The notes under the pieces are model-generated. The model was not told the DNA's origin and searched no databases. It saw nothing but the letters and a program-made list of their open reading frames with translations. From Vicugna vicugna (taxonomy: Eukaryota), in assembly GCA_013265495.1 (NCBI GenBank), contig MU062295.1, positions 14,735,692 to 14,799,691 on the forward strand: a DNA stretch of 64,000 nucleotides, in the 5' to 3' direction. A program made the translations under genes and the position numbers. Shown here in pieces: positions 1 to 21,129 of this stretch (within the stretch, counting starts at the first letter, position 1; each line of letters opens with the position of its first letter).

Positions 1-102
1 GCGCAGTCCCTAGGCCCTGGAGCACGGGCGGGCCCCTGGGGAGTCGGCGCCGCTCCAGCAGAGCCGCGAGGCCAGCCTCTGCCCGGCGCCGAGGGCGCGG
101 AG
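1..102 (+). other. STEAP2: STEAP2 non-coding exon 1 (5' part outside window)
   Basis: Ends in GCGCGGAG|GTGAGC, a consensus donor at 102/103; resembles the human STEAP2 5'UTR as recalled. Confidence 0.75.
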
Positions 103-300
103 GTGAGCGGGTCTGGGAAGAGCGCGAGACCGGGTGGCGGCGGTGGAGTTGAGGGTCAAGATGCGATCGGCGCCACGCGCTGCATCCCTCCTTTCCTGGA
201 TTCCGCGCCCTCTGCGTCGTCCGCTCTGAGCTGCCGGTGTTCCTGATTTCCTGGCACCTTGAGGTCGGGAGTGGGAAGGGTGGCGAGGGTGTGTATTCCA
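1..300 (+). promoter_or_regulatory. STEAP2: CpG island around STEAP2 first exon (extends beyond left edge)
   Basis: Very GC- and CpG-rich (gcgc, cgcg, cggcg) against an AT-rich, CpG-depleted background; lies 12 kb upstream of the STEAP2 ATG exon. Confidence 0.85.
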
Positions 301-340
301 CAGATCTGCCCCCTACTCCTGGTTTTCCCCGAGCTCCCAG

Positions 341-383
341 AAAGTCCTAAGGTTGGTTGGGCCCAGGAGAAACAATGTCCCAG
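341..383 (+). other. STEAP2: Candidate alternative STEAP2 5' exon (5' boundary uncertain)
   Basis: Donor CCCAG|GTAGGA at 383/384; pyrimidine-rich acceptor ttttccccgagctcccag at 340; resembles a recalled human STEAP2 5'UTR exon (AAGTCCTGAGGTTGGGCCCAGGAGAAA...TGTCCCAG). Confidence 0.5.
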
Positions 384-2654
384 GTAGGATGTGCCGCAAA
401 AGGAAAGGACAGGCAGGTTACCTGCGCCTACCTGGTAGTCTCTACCACTTTCAGTTCATGCTACTCATTTCATTGAAGATCATGTAGCGCTGCTCTGCGA
501 ACGGGTATTTCTAGTAGTCATTTTGTTTATTACCCAATGATGTGACCCATGGTGTGTTTAGGCCATTGTGTATTAGAAAGTAATTGGACTCTTCTTTGAG
601 TGTCCTAAATTATCTGAGCCCTGTATTCAGCCTCAGCCAAAACTTGCTGAAAATTATGCCCTAAAAATCTTGCTCCTAAAATAGAGCAGAAAGATAAAGA
701 GAAATTTTGTCGAGAGATTTCCATTCATTATCTTCGCCACCCCTTGGAGAAGGATTGGTGTCAGTTTTTACTCCTCAGGCAGTACATTTTTTAGCTGGAA
801 ATACATATTCCAGGCCATGGTTAATTATCATTCATCACCACGGATGAAAGTGGGAGAAGTAGAATTCGAACTCCTGTCCCACCCTCACCCTCTTGACTTT
901 GATTAGATCCTAGTCCTGTTAACAGCCCCGCTGCTGGGAACCTTTTTGGTCTCTCCAAACCAAATCCTCCATCACACACCACACACTTTTTTCACTTTTA
1001 TTATAATTTCTTCGTGTGTTGATCGCCATTTTTTTTCTCTCAGGCCAAATATTATTAATCTGCAGCTCTCCCTCTGTTGTTTCAAAGCTTGAAAGCTATC
1101 TACAGATGAAAAATATGTATCCTAGATATTTTGCAGGATATTTGGAAACATAATTGGAACGGCTGCAGTTTCCTCCTCATAGCCAGTTACTCTTTTGAGC
1201 GGTGAGGGAATGAGACAATATCAGTAATGATGAATTGAGCTAATTGTGCAGAAAGAAAATGAAAAGCTGTATCCAAGTCACTTTATATTGTACTTGTGTC
1301 ATGGAAGATAGACTTGTAGTGAATGAGCATAATTATATTGTAATACTGAAAAGGTAGCACAGATGAAGGCAAACAAATTGTTTAAGACAGGATCATAAAT
1401 GAGTTAGAAAGATGAGAAAGAGGGTACACCAAATGTTTGAAAGACTAGGGCTGCAGTTTTAAAAATAGACACAATCAGGGCATCAGGAGATGCATTTATT
1501 CTGTGCTCAGCCACAACTGTGACACTGACATGTCACTTACCCTCTTTGGTTCACATGCCTTCATCAAAATGAGGGATATTATCTGGAGACATATTAGATT
1601 TCTTTGGGTTCTGACATTTTTGGATGCATTTTGACCACAAAGAACATTCATTGTATTTTTCTTTACTATGTGCCAGGCATTGTGGAGGCAGTGATGGACA
1701 AGACAAATATGGTTCCACCCTCAGGGAGCTTATTAGCTGGCGTGGGAAACAGTAATGAGTAAAGAAACAACTACATGAGAAAGGGAATCTAACAAGGGCT
1801 CAAAACAAAACAAAACGAAACGGGAGTGAATTACTCTACTGAAGAGACATAATAGCATATGCAACATTCACAGGATGGAAAAGCGAGTGGTCTTTTCTAC
1901 TTCAAGAAAAGGATGCTGTGGCTGGACCATAAGTAACAGTCATAGGGGATGACATTGGAGAAGTGTGCTGGGACCAGCCAGTTCATTCAGAGCCTTTTCA
2001 GTCATGGTCAGGAAGGGACTGTAGTTATAAATGCAACAGGAAGCCACTGATTTTTAAGGAGGTGAAAGGCATCTGATTTACATTTTAAGATGATCTCAGC
2101 TGTTATGTGAAGAAAGGTTTGGAAAAAGGCCAAGGACTAAGTAGAGAGGCCCATTCAGAAATGTTTACAGAGTTCAGGTGAGAGATGATAGAGACCTGGA
2201 CTAAGCTGGTGTCAGTGGTGAGGGATTTAAGAAATATTCTGGAGTATAGATGCCGGTGTTGGATTTTATGTCAAGGCTCAGGGAAAGCAAGGACTTGAGG
2301 ATCACTCCCAGATTTCTGGCTTGAGCAACTGATGGGTAATGATATCATTTACTGAGAGGAGGAAGTTTGGATGAATGTGAACAGGTCAAAAAAGGTAGAA
2401 AAAGACTTTAGTTTTGAACCTGTTAAGTTTGCAATGTCTCTGAGGAGCTGCTTGAGAGGAGAAAAGTCATGGTCACTAGGACAGAAATGGACAGACTGTC
2501 CTTTGATAGGTGAGATTGGTGATAATGAATGTAAGGTAAGCTCAGTGTCTGATTTTTCTTTAGCAACCTTCACCAACTTGGATACAGATATAGTGAAAAT
2601 GGATAACTGGGTTCTTCCAGGGCTAGAGTTTTGCCAAGTGGATGTGATGGAGAG

Positions 2655-2787
2655 NNNNNNNNNNNNNNNNNNNNNNNNNNNNNNNNNNNNNNNNNNNNNN
2701 NNNNNNNNNNNNNNNNNNNNNNNNNNNNNNNNNNNNNNNNNNNNNNNNNNNNNNNNNNNNNNNNNNNNNNNNNNNNNNNNNNNNNNN
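2655..2787. other. N run (133 nt)
   Basis: Direct count. Confidence 0.95.
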
Positions 2788-3015
2788 TGGTGGGACCTAC
2801 TTCCTGATTCATAGATACTGTCTTCTCACTGTGTACTCATGTGCCAGAAGGGGAGAGAGAGCTCTCTGGACTCTATCCCATTGATGAGGGTTCCACCTTA
2901 TCACGACCTAATCCTCTCCCAAAGGTTGCACCTCCAAATACCATCACATTCGGAGTGAAGATTTCAACATATGAATCAGTTGGAGGAGGGTGATGTAAAC
3001 ATTTAGTCCGTAACA
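2788..3015 (-). mobile_element. MaLR solo LTR (MLT1A/B-like); part hidden by the N run 2655-2787
   Basis: cccattgatgagggttccacc...acctccaaataccatcacatt...atttcaacatatgaat...aaacatttagtccgtaaca. Confidence 0.75.
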
Positions 3016-4219
3016 AGAGTCAATCATTTTAAGTGAGTAATAATAACTATACACTATGGAATCTAGTATGGGTAAAGAGAAACCAAGAAAGTGAGAAAAC
3101 AGCCAGTAGATCAGATTTCTTCTGCTGTCTGGAATTATCAATGTGAATATTTGACTATGATTATTGGAAGGCTAAGAGATAAGAGCCTGGAGATAGTGAG
3201 GTTGGGTGAAGACAAAGATTCACTACCTTTGATGAATAAGTGAAGGAAATGAGCCCATGAGTTGAATGGTTCATTCATTTGAATGATGAAGTAGTGGACA
3301 AGGATGACCACTGCTGGGGTAGAGAGGAAGACTGTGTATATCCAAAGTCACTAGTGATAAAGAATAAGCTAGAAGTCAGCAGATGACAGCAGTGGGTATA
3401 GAGAGAGGGTATTACAGGTCACCATGAACTTCAAAGGAGCACTGTGTTTGCAGGAGGAGAAGAAGAAAGGTTCAAATATGGCTTGCAAAGTTAAAAATAC
3501 ACCAACTCTAGCTCATGGCACGGCCCTGGAGGATTACATTTTCTTGATAACATAACCAAATCAGCAGGTTGTGAATGTCATCAAGATCTCTTGAGGACAG
3601 CCCTTTCAGAGTTGCTTTCATCCAACAATTAATGCTCTAGATCTTTATATGTGAAACATTCAGTTCTGTTTAGTAAAATTTGTATAGCCCAAGAGCTGCC
3701 CTTCAGCCAGAGGAAATGTCCAGGAAACTCCTCTGAATTGAAAATCTTAGGAGGCTATGTATCTGAGTGTAATCGAATTCTCTTATTTTGATAATTTCCT
3801 TCAAGTATTAAATGCATACATCAAGTCAAATGTCCACTCAAGAAAACTGTGACCTTGAAATTTCAAGGAACCCATGTGCTATTTAAATCACACTGTTACA
3901 GTTAGATGGAGCTCATACAGTCGCAGTGTCACACTGTCAAACATAAGCTAGTGATTACCATTATTATACAGCTATAAGTCTTGGAAACAAAAGAATTTTA
4001 GTGTTGGAAAGGACTGCAGAGTCAAGGACAACTTTTTTGTTTTCCATTTAACAAAGGAAATTAAGAGTCACAAAACTAGGTGATTTCAGAAGCCTAGGCC
4101 TATTCTTTGTCCTTGACACCACATAAATACAACTTTCTCTAAATGTCATAGTCTTCTCAATTATCTAGTCTGTATTACCTGTGAATAACATCAGAAGAAA
4201 AGGTAAAGAAACTCTAGGA

Positions 4220-4385
4220 CCTTGCAAGTCACAGTGTGGCCTGTGAACTGGGACCATGGGTATCACCTGGGAGCTTGGGAGAAATGCACACTCTCAAACC
4301 TCACTCCAGACCTACAGAATTAGAATGTACCTTGGAACGAGATCTCCCGCTGATCATATCTGCATTAAAGTTTGATAGTTGGTCC
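4220..4385. mobile_element. MER5-family hAT-Charlie MITE
   Basis: atcacctgggagcttgggagaaatgca...ccagacctacagaatt...taaagtttga. Confidence 0.65.
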
Positions 4386-4770
4386 ACTTGGAAACTCTAC
4401 GCAGGTCAGCAAAGCCTGTGATGCCTGGAGAACTAAGGAGAGGAGCCCCTTGTTAGACAGAAAGAAGAGACACCATTACTGGAACATTCTGAATTTTGAG
4501 TGTTATGAAATAACAGGAGCAAAGTGTGCTGTGTGGTGGGATGCCACATTTTAAGGAGTGGCACTGCCCTTTCCAAAAAGTGAAGAGAGGAAATAGTGAG
4601 TGGACCTTCTGATACGGCTCCTGCCTGTGTGGGAAAGGGGAAAGGGCTGAATGCATATGCTCCAGCTTCTGACGTTCAAGGGCAGCTGTAACTCTATGGC
4701 TAGAGTTATTTTTCATTATTACAAACAAGATTGTGAAAAGGAGTGTAATCGAGGATGAAAAAGCCACATC

Positions 4771-4906
4771 TGAGGAGGGGCAGGGGAGTGTAGCTCCGTG
4801 GTAGAGTGCATGCTTAGGATGCACGAGGTCCTGGGTTCCATCTCCTGTACTTTCACTAAAAATAACTAAGTAAACCCAATTACCTACCCTCCAAAAATTT
4901 AAAAAA
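4771..4906 (+). mobile_element. tRNA-derived SINE, camelid Vic-1-like, with 13-bp TSD
   Basis: Pol III box A TAGCTCCGTGG (4791) and box B-like GGTTCCATCTC (4834); GTAGAGTGCATGCTTAGGATGCACGAGGTCCTGGG tRNA-Ala-like body; A tail; TSD AAAAAGCCACATC at 4758-4770 and 4907-4919. Confidence 0.85.
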
Positions 4907-5404
4907 AAAAAGCCACATCGGTTATCTCCAAATACTAAAATAAGTATTAAGTTGAATTTTGACTCTCTACAATGAGTAGTTTTCAACCTTGACTGCATAT
5001 GAAAACAGCTGAGGATCTCTTAAAAGAAAAGTCCTGATGTCCAGGCTGAACCCCAGACCAATTAAATAAAAATCTGGGTGGAAGGGTGGAGGGGGCCAGG
5101 TATACCACTCTGTGGTAAAGCTCCTCAGGCCACTCCAGGGTGCTGCTGGAGCCGAGCTTTAGAAAGCTGTGCTCCCTTATGGGAAGAGGCAGCTATGAGA
5201 CTGAGATTCTGCCTCCCACTCACCCAGGCGGTGGGACCTTCTGTTACTCCCACAGCAGTGAGCAGAGTCAGCAACACTCAGGTCACAGTCTGCTGTGTCT
5301 ATGAAAGTTGGTGGGTCTTCCAGGACATTGTGGGAGGTAAGATGTTTTTAAAGAGGCATTTACTCTCCTCAGTTTTATCAAAAATTGAGTAATAACTGTT
5401 ACTG

Positions 5405-5538
5405 CTGGTGGGAATGTTCTAAAATTGGATTGTGGTGATGGTTGCATAACTGTAAATATACTAAAAATCATTCATTTATACATTTAAAAAGGGTAAATTT
5501 CATGATATATAAATTATACCTCAATAAAGCTTTTTTTT
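5405..5538 (+). mobile_element. Old L1 (L1MB/ME-like) extreme 3' fragment
   Basis: gaatgttctaaaattggattgtggtgatggttgcataactg...aaattatacctcaataaagct. Confidence 0.7.
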
Positions 5539-6861
5539 TTCCATTGCTGTGTACGCTTCAATATTCCTAATTTCATCATATTGATTAGGTGGCCCGGAAG
5601 CCCCTGCCTATTTTGTGTCATTGGAGTGTTAACACCTAGCCTAATGCCTGGTGGATAGGGCTCACTCAATAAGATATTTGTTGGGGATGAATGGTTAGAT
5701 GTTTGTGGACTGATTTCTGAATTGATGTCAGTCACCAGAGATCCCTGAAGTTCACAGCACCCAGTGGGCATTGGTGCTATTTGTAACCTGTTTTAGGGTA
5801 TGGCTTTGAAATTAGGGAAGCTGGTTTGTGTAGAGGCTAGAATACCAGGCCTTTCATAGAGGATTATGAGTGAGTTACTGCAACACAGAAAAACTTGTTT
5901 TTGTTAGCCAATAAACATAGGTATCCTTATCTCAAGGTACCATCTGCAACAGGATTATAAAATGGGGAAATTAGTTCAGGCATGCTATGATCTGCTAATC
6001 CCAGCTTCATTTTAGACGTTAACTTGCAGTGCTATGAAAGCCCAGTTGTGCACGGGGCACTTGGCTGTGCTTGAGGTATAAGGCTGTTCTGCAAGGGGGA
6101 CGGAGGGAGCATATAGCTTCTTCTCTGGCTTATGCATAGAAGAAAAATGGGTGGGGAGGTCTTGGGGGAATGTGGTTGCTTTAATTTATTGAAGAAGATC
6201 CTAAAATTTTTTGTTAACTTAAGTCCTTGAGTAATAACTTTTTAAAATTGAATTTCTAGACTAACCTAAATTTAAGCAAAAAGCTTTTATGTTGAAAATC
6301 TTCCTAACATGAATTAGACTGCTTTCTTGCATTACTAATTGCAACATAATAAACAAGTTTTGTTTTGGTGATTTAGGGCCTAGAAATTTCAGAAAGTCAC
6401 ACTCATATAAAGGTATATATTGAATACGTACCAAGTCTAGGAAGTATCTTGGGAGTTACTTGTAATTTTGAATTTGTCTCATTAAAATTTTGTTGTTTTT
6501 TTTTTGAAGAGTCTGAAAGGATTGGAGTTAGTCAAGCTTTTGCTTTAATGCTATTATATTTCTTTTCTGAAAATTCTTTGGTTGTTTCTGTAAAATATGA
6601 ACACAAAAAGACACTCAGATCCAAATATGAAATATTGATGAATCATTTGCAATTACTGTAGTTCATAAACAGGAATTCAAAAAATAAATCTGCATAGTTT
6701 TAGTAAAATTACTATTTCATACTTTTTGGAAAATTATTTTTAAATGAAGATGCATACAAATTACCCAAGTGTTTCAGCTAAGGTATAGAATTTAATAGTT
6801 TGACTTAAATCGATTTTAATATTCAAACAGCAAATAGTGATTGGACTGCATTACATTAGGG

Positions 6862-7042
6862 CAGTTACTCTCAAACTTTAACGTGCATCAGAATCACCTA
6901 AGGGCTCTTTAAAACATAGATTGCTGGGCTTCACACCCAGCAATTTTCTGATTTGAGAGGTCTGGGCTGGGGCCTAAGAATTTTCACTTCTAACAAGTTC
7001 CCAGGTGATGCTCATTCAGGAACCACGCTTGGACAAGTGCTG
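6862..7042. mobile_element. MER5A hAT MITE, near full length, with 8-bp TSD
   Basis: ctctcaaactttaacgtgcatcagaatcacct...ttctaacaagttcccaggtgatgct; flanks CATTAGGG (6854-6861) and CATTAGGA (7043-7050). Confidence 0.85.
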
Positions 7043-7868
7043 CATTAGGAAGTCTCATTCTAATTTTTCAAGCAGAATTGCAGCTTTGCTTCTAGGATTG
7101 TCTAAAAGGCTTGAGAACTTTTTTCTAAAAAATGAAAACCTAAAAAGAAAAAATTCCTCTTCCCTCAAAGAAATTCTTTATTGTCATAGATATAAACAGC
7201 TGGGTTTTATATGTTTATTTAAATACCGAGAGAATGTAGGGGTAATCTTTTTGCAACCCAAAGGTCGTGATAGTAAAAATTACCATTTAGTTACAGAAAA
7301 TTAGATTGGGATATTTGATATTTCATCTGAGGATTAAGCAGACATCTTTGGCTTTAGGGAGCTTGCTCCAGGGTGCTTTTCTCCCCTCCCCCAGAAAGTT
7401 TTTCTCTCCAACAGGCTTAAGGAACACTTTCATACAGAGAGTTTCCTAATGTCTGCTATATCAGCGATTCCCTAGACTTAATGGATTTTACAGACCAATA
7501 AAATAAAAAGGAGGGAGAGGATCTATGTAGGACTGTCAACTAAACAACTGTTACCACTATCCTTTTAGGAAAAAGGACATTTTGACCCCTAAAAGTAGTT
7601 AAAACATACTCTCAGAGTGAAAGAACAATTTCAGTTGAATAATTTTGTGAAAAACTCCCTACTATATCCATATACCTTTTAATCACTGTAGACCAGTGAT
7701 AGCTTCATACCTGGGAACCACTGCCCTAGCATTTTTAAAGTAAGGGCACAGAAAGCCAAATTTAATTTGGGGTCCTTATGTTTTTAAGCTAGAATGAACC
7801 TATAGTATACTCATGTCATGAACCTGGCTTGAAGACATTCTGTGTAATTTAGAGATTAGTATAATTAT

Positions 7869-7892
7869 ACACACACACACACACACACACAC
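7869..7892 (+). repeat. (AC)12 microsatellite followed by AT/AC low complexity
   Basis: Direct count. Confidence 0.95.
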
Positions 7893-10109
7893 ATACTTAC
7901 ATACATATATATATAGAGTGATTTGAGGTAAGGGAATACCATGTGATATTTTCTCTCTTTGATTTTCTAGGATAACTATGCTCTGATCATAAAGTTTTTA
8001 ATTATATGCTGATAAGAGACTTTCTAGTTTTCCTTCCAGGTACATCCTGTCTGTTCCTAACTAGAGTGTAAACTCCTTAAGTGTAGCACCATGCTTCTCT
8101 TCCTTATCTCTTATGTACAAAGCCCCCACTGGCCTGGATAAATTCATGCTGGGTCACAGCAGGGCAGATCTGCCTTTAGATTATAGTTGCATCATTCCTT
8201 GTCAGTGGAAATGTACAATGTAAGGTATTTACTGCTCTTATTTTGTAAATATGTAAATCTTTTCCAGCTATTGACATTATTCACTTCTTATAACCCTATT
8301 TTTTATGGATATCACAGTTGTAGATTTCAGCTTAGCTGGTAACCAAGTGATTCAAAATGGTGGCTTAGCAAATTGTAAACTGATTGATGAGATTTTTGCT
8401 CCAGTGTCTCAGCACCAGATAGTTTCCCATAGCTTGTGGAGATGAACTGCTCTTAGGTCTGCCTGTGGGTGAGTTCAACAGGATAGGGACATGCTTCTCA
8501 GCTTTTTGCCTTCCTTCTAGAAGCAGTACACACCTTCACAGTATCTGCAGTGTCCCCAAAAGAAAGTACGTTGCTATTCAGGGTTCTTCAAGAGTTACCC
8601 AGCATCCGATCATGTTTTGTTTTGGAGTATTAATAAATTTAGGTCTTTCATTGGTTTTGATTTTAAATTGGATTTATTTATTCATTTTGAGGGGGAGGGG
8701 AAGCTAGAATTCATAACCTTATAGCTTTGGATTTACCTAAAACTATCCTAAGCTGACATTCATATTTTAACTCTTTAAAGTTAGTATTGCTTTTAGAGAA
8801 TATAGATATAGGTGACACTCAGAGATCTAAACAGTTTTAAGACTCCCCATACATTGTTTGCATTGAAGCTTTAGAATGGGCAGAGGTTGAAAGACTTGTA
8901 TTTGAAGCCAGGTTGTGTTCGACAAACGGCACTGTCTTCAGCAAATCGCTAAAGTTCTCTGAGCCTCTGTTTCCTTATCTTTAAGATGGGTATAAATATG
9001 TACTTCACAGCCCTTTGGAAATTAAATAAGGTAATATATATGAAAATATTGTGAACTATGAAATATCACAGCAGCATATGGTATTATTATATGCTTTTAG
9101 CAATATATAAATAATCTACTTCTCAAATTCATTAAAGGTGGTTGGTTGTCTTTTTTTTCCTCTCTAATGGATGCTTTTACATTCCTTAAAACCTTGATGA
9201 AAAGACGCTCATTTATTAGGCCAACTTCTGTTTGTGTAGGCACAGTCATACTGTTGAAGGTTTCAGTTAGAACTTGCCATTAGAAATACAATGTGAATAA
9301 GGCCCAAACATGTTAGAGCAGAGTCACCCATTAATATGTATAAAATACATGGTATAATAAGGGACCCAGAGATGGCATTATTAGGCCCTAATATAATTTT
9401 ACCCATTCACATTTCTGATTTGTACAAGGGGTTTCAACTTGCTTTGTAAAAACAACAGATATTGTTTTGCTTTTGTTTTTTGTTTTTCATTTGAAAAGAC
9501 CTTTATAAGCATGAGTCTTAGATTTAAAGATTTTGCAATTCTTATATTTTGGGAGATGCTACAGTCTATACTGAGAATAACTTGGGAGTAGGATATAGGA
9601 AACTTGGGTTCCTGTGTGTTAAGTCTAGTAACTCTTTTTACCCTCAGATAATCTATATGATTAGGGGTCCGTTAGTCAATTCGCCTTGAATTGTTAAGTG
9701 AAATTGAGCATTGGTTTAATTAATTCTGGTTCCTTTAACTGCTCTTGATTCCCCAAATAGCAACAAGAGGATGTAGAAAGTCTTGTACTAACATGGTGCC
9801 TCTGACCCCTCCCTACCTTTATGGGTGCATGGGATCACTCCAGGGGAAAGCAGATAATTATCACTCCTTCTATCTTGAGAAGTATGAAATGAAACATGTA
9901 TAACAGATTCAAAAATAATGAGTTTTCTCCTTTTGTAGGATCTAAGTTAGAGATTAGGATGACTAGATAATGCTAAGGAGCAATGACATGGCCAAAGAAG
10001 GAGAATATACTGATATGAACACAAGCATCCCTTTTCCTCCTTGGCCCCCCATATCCAAAGAAAAAGCTCTTTCTGAAATTCCTTACATGCACCCAAATGA
10101 CACATACCT

Positions 10110-10320
10110 CAGCTAGACTGCCTGGGTTCTAATCTTGGTTCTCCTTGTTTCTCTTGAATGAATGACCTTGTACAAATTAATTATCTTCTCCATGTGTCAG
10201 TTTCCTCATCTGCAAAATGAGCATGACAGTGTTAGTACCTATCTCATAGGGTAGTTGTGGGGATTCAATCAATTATTTTTTAAAGCACAAACAGAGCTAG
10301 CACATAAGAGTATTACGTAA
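10110..10320 (+). mobile_element. MIR SINE
   Basis: agactgcctgggttctaatc...tcagtttcctcatctgcaaaatgag...gtacctatctcatagggtagttgtg. Confidence 0.8.
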
Positions 10321-10790
10321 CATTAGTATTACCTTTCTAAAGATTAATGTACTGATGTATTTGGAGTCATTGAAAATGCTCCATTTCTAGGGTAAGAAGT
10401 TGAATTTTCCTGGCTCCAGTAATTTCAAATTTCATTTAGTAAAAACCAAAAAAAAATGCATGTTTTTTGAAATGTTCCACCTATTCCTGTAAAATCTATT
10501 AAGTTCTCTGGAGTGATCCACATCTGCCGTTAGCATAAAAGGAATTGTGCAATGTGGATACAGTGGAAGAATATTTTTCAGCCAGACCCAACAGGGACAA
10601 TGATTCGTGGCAATCTGCCTGGTATTCCTGAGCAAATTATTACAAATATGAACATTCCAGATGTTAGTTACTTAAAAAGAAGTCAACAAATTTTTCAAGA
10701 AAAAAATAACTACGTCATACTCTATGCAACCAATGAATAAAAGGGAAAGAAAGAGATTTCATAAGTATTGTGTCATTTAAGACCATAAAC

Positions 10791-11401
10791 ATAGTATGAT
10801 CCAGCAATCCCACTCCTGGGCATATATCCAGAGAGAACGCCAATTTGAAAAGATATATGCACCCAAATGTTCACAGCAGCACTATTTACAATAGCCAAGA
10901 CATGGAAGCAACCCAAATGTCCACTGACAGATGACTGGCTAAAAAAGTTGTGGTATATACACACACAAACACATACACAATGGAATACTACTCAGCCATA
11001 AAAAGAATGAGATAATGCCATTTCCAACAACATAGATGGACCTAGACATTATTGTACTAAGTCAAAGACAAATATCATATGATATCACTTATATGTGGAA
11101 TATAAAAAAATGACAGAAATGAACTTACTTACAAAACAGAGACTCACAGACATAGAAAATAAACTTGTGGTTACCAAAGGTTGGGGGGGGGCAGTTAAAT
11201 TGGGATTTGCAGATACAAACTACCATATTCAGAAGATATAAACAACAAGGTCCTACTGTATAGCACAGGGAACTATATTCAATATCTTGTAATAACCTAT
11301 AATGAAAAGGAATATATATATATATACACAAAACTGAATCACTATGGTGTACACCAGCAACTAACACAGCACTGTAAATCAACTATACTTCAATTTAAAA
11401 A
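10791..11401 (+). mobile_element. 5'-truncated L1 (laurasiatherian/artiodactyl-type 3' end), 12-bp TSD
   Basis: tatgatccagcaatcccactcctgggcatatatcc (ORF2 end), L1 3'UTR, short A tail; TSD AAGACCATAAAC at 10779-10790 and 11402-11413; TTT/AAGA endonuclease-type site. Confidence 0.92.
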
Positions 11402-11911
11402 AAGACCATAAACCCATTACTGCCCCCTTTTCATAGGGAAGCTATCTTTCTCGATGATAAGTTTAAAGGACATAGGGTGAATGATAGAAGTCTATAGTAC
11501 TCAATCTTTTGTTATATTTTGATGTCTACTTTTCTTAAAATATTATTTTCTTAAAATATAATATAATATTATATATTATAACATTACTTAATATAATATT
11601 GTTCATTTTTTAGCACTGGACTTATCATCCTGTCATTCAATGATAAAGTCCTTCACTAGCTACTGAGATGGAGAGCACGGTTTGTAGACCCCCACCCCAA
11701 ATGACTCTAGACAGTGGTTCTTTGTTTCTTATTATTGTTTTTCTGTCTTCTGTTGTCTTGTGAACTATCACAGTCCTCCACCGCCAGCAGCACTTCTGAC
11801 TTGCTGTCTCTTATCTGCTGAGAAACTAGATAATCACACTTGTTAGAACTGTGTTTTTTTTAAAGTTCTCCCTTGTTAAAAACTTCAGCTTCTTTCCTTC
11901 TGTGCCCTAGA

Positions 11912-12072
11912 GTCTTGCTGTTCAAAGTGAGGCCTGCAGATCAGCACCATCGGCCTCACCTTATTGGAAATGCAGAATCTTGGGCCTCACTCCAGACTTA
12001 CTAAATCAGAATCTGTGTTTTAACAAGATTCTCAGGTGATTCACGTGCACATTAAAATTTGAGAAGTTCCAC
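11912..12072. mobile_element. MER5A1-like hAT MITE about 190 nt upstream of the STEAP2 ATG exon
   Basis: ttcaaagtgaggcctgcagatcagcaccatc...aaatgcagaatcttgggcctcactccagac...ttttaacaagattctcaggtgattc...ttaaaatttgagaag. Confidence 0.8.
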
Positions 12073-12294
12073 TTTAGCAGATCGACTTTGTGACAGTTCG
12101 TTTTCCTATTTTGAGATCCATTTTTAGCTTACAAATCATGTCTTGCAGTGGTCGAAGTTATATAGCTGGCCGAACTATTTTACCTCTAGAAACAAGGGAC
12201 GTTCAAGTGCATTCATGTTTGGTGATAGGTAATCGATAAGCATTTTATTTTTCTCCCCTAGGACATCCCTGGTGATCTTGGAAGAGTCCGTATC

Positions 12295-21129
<8,835 letters not shown>

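Larger units (their letters stand above)
1640..3450 (-). mobile_element. Degraded LINE-2 (L2), interrupted by a MaLR LTR and an N run
   Basis: Reverse-complement L2 3' end (cattcattg...tactatgtgccaggcattgtg) followed by typical L2 body motifs; boundaries approximate. Confidence 0.6.

Noticed and set aside
3688-3805. Possible counterpart of a human STEAP2 non-coding exon 2
   Set aside because: Position is roughly compatible but splice signals are weak and I cannot verify homology
4791-4850. Possible tRNA gene
   Set aside because: A tail, TSD and no proper acceptor stem indicate a SINE
4453-4998. 181-aa minus-strand ORF
   Set aside because: Runs through the antisense SINE; no recognisable protein
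5921-5929. GTATCCTT U12-like donors at 5921 and 40299, and ATATCCTT near 62463
   Set aside because: About one such 8-mer per strand is expected by chance in 64 kb; no matching exon or branch site
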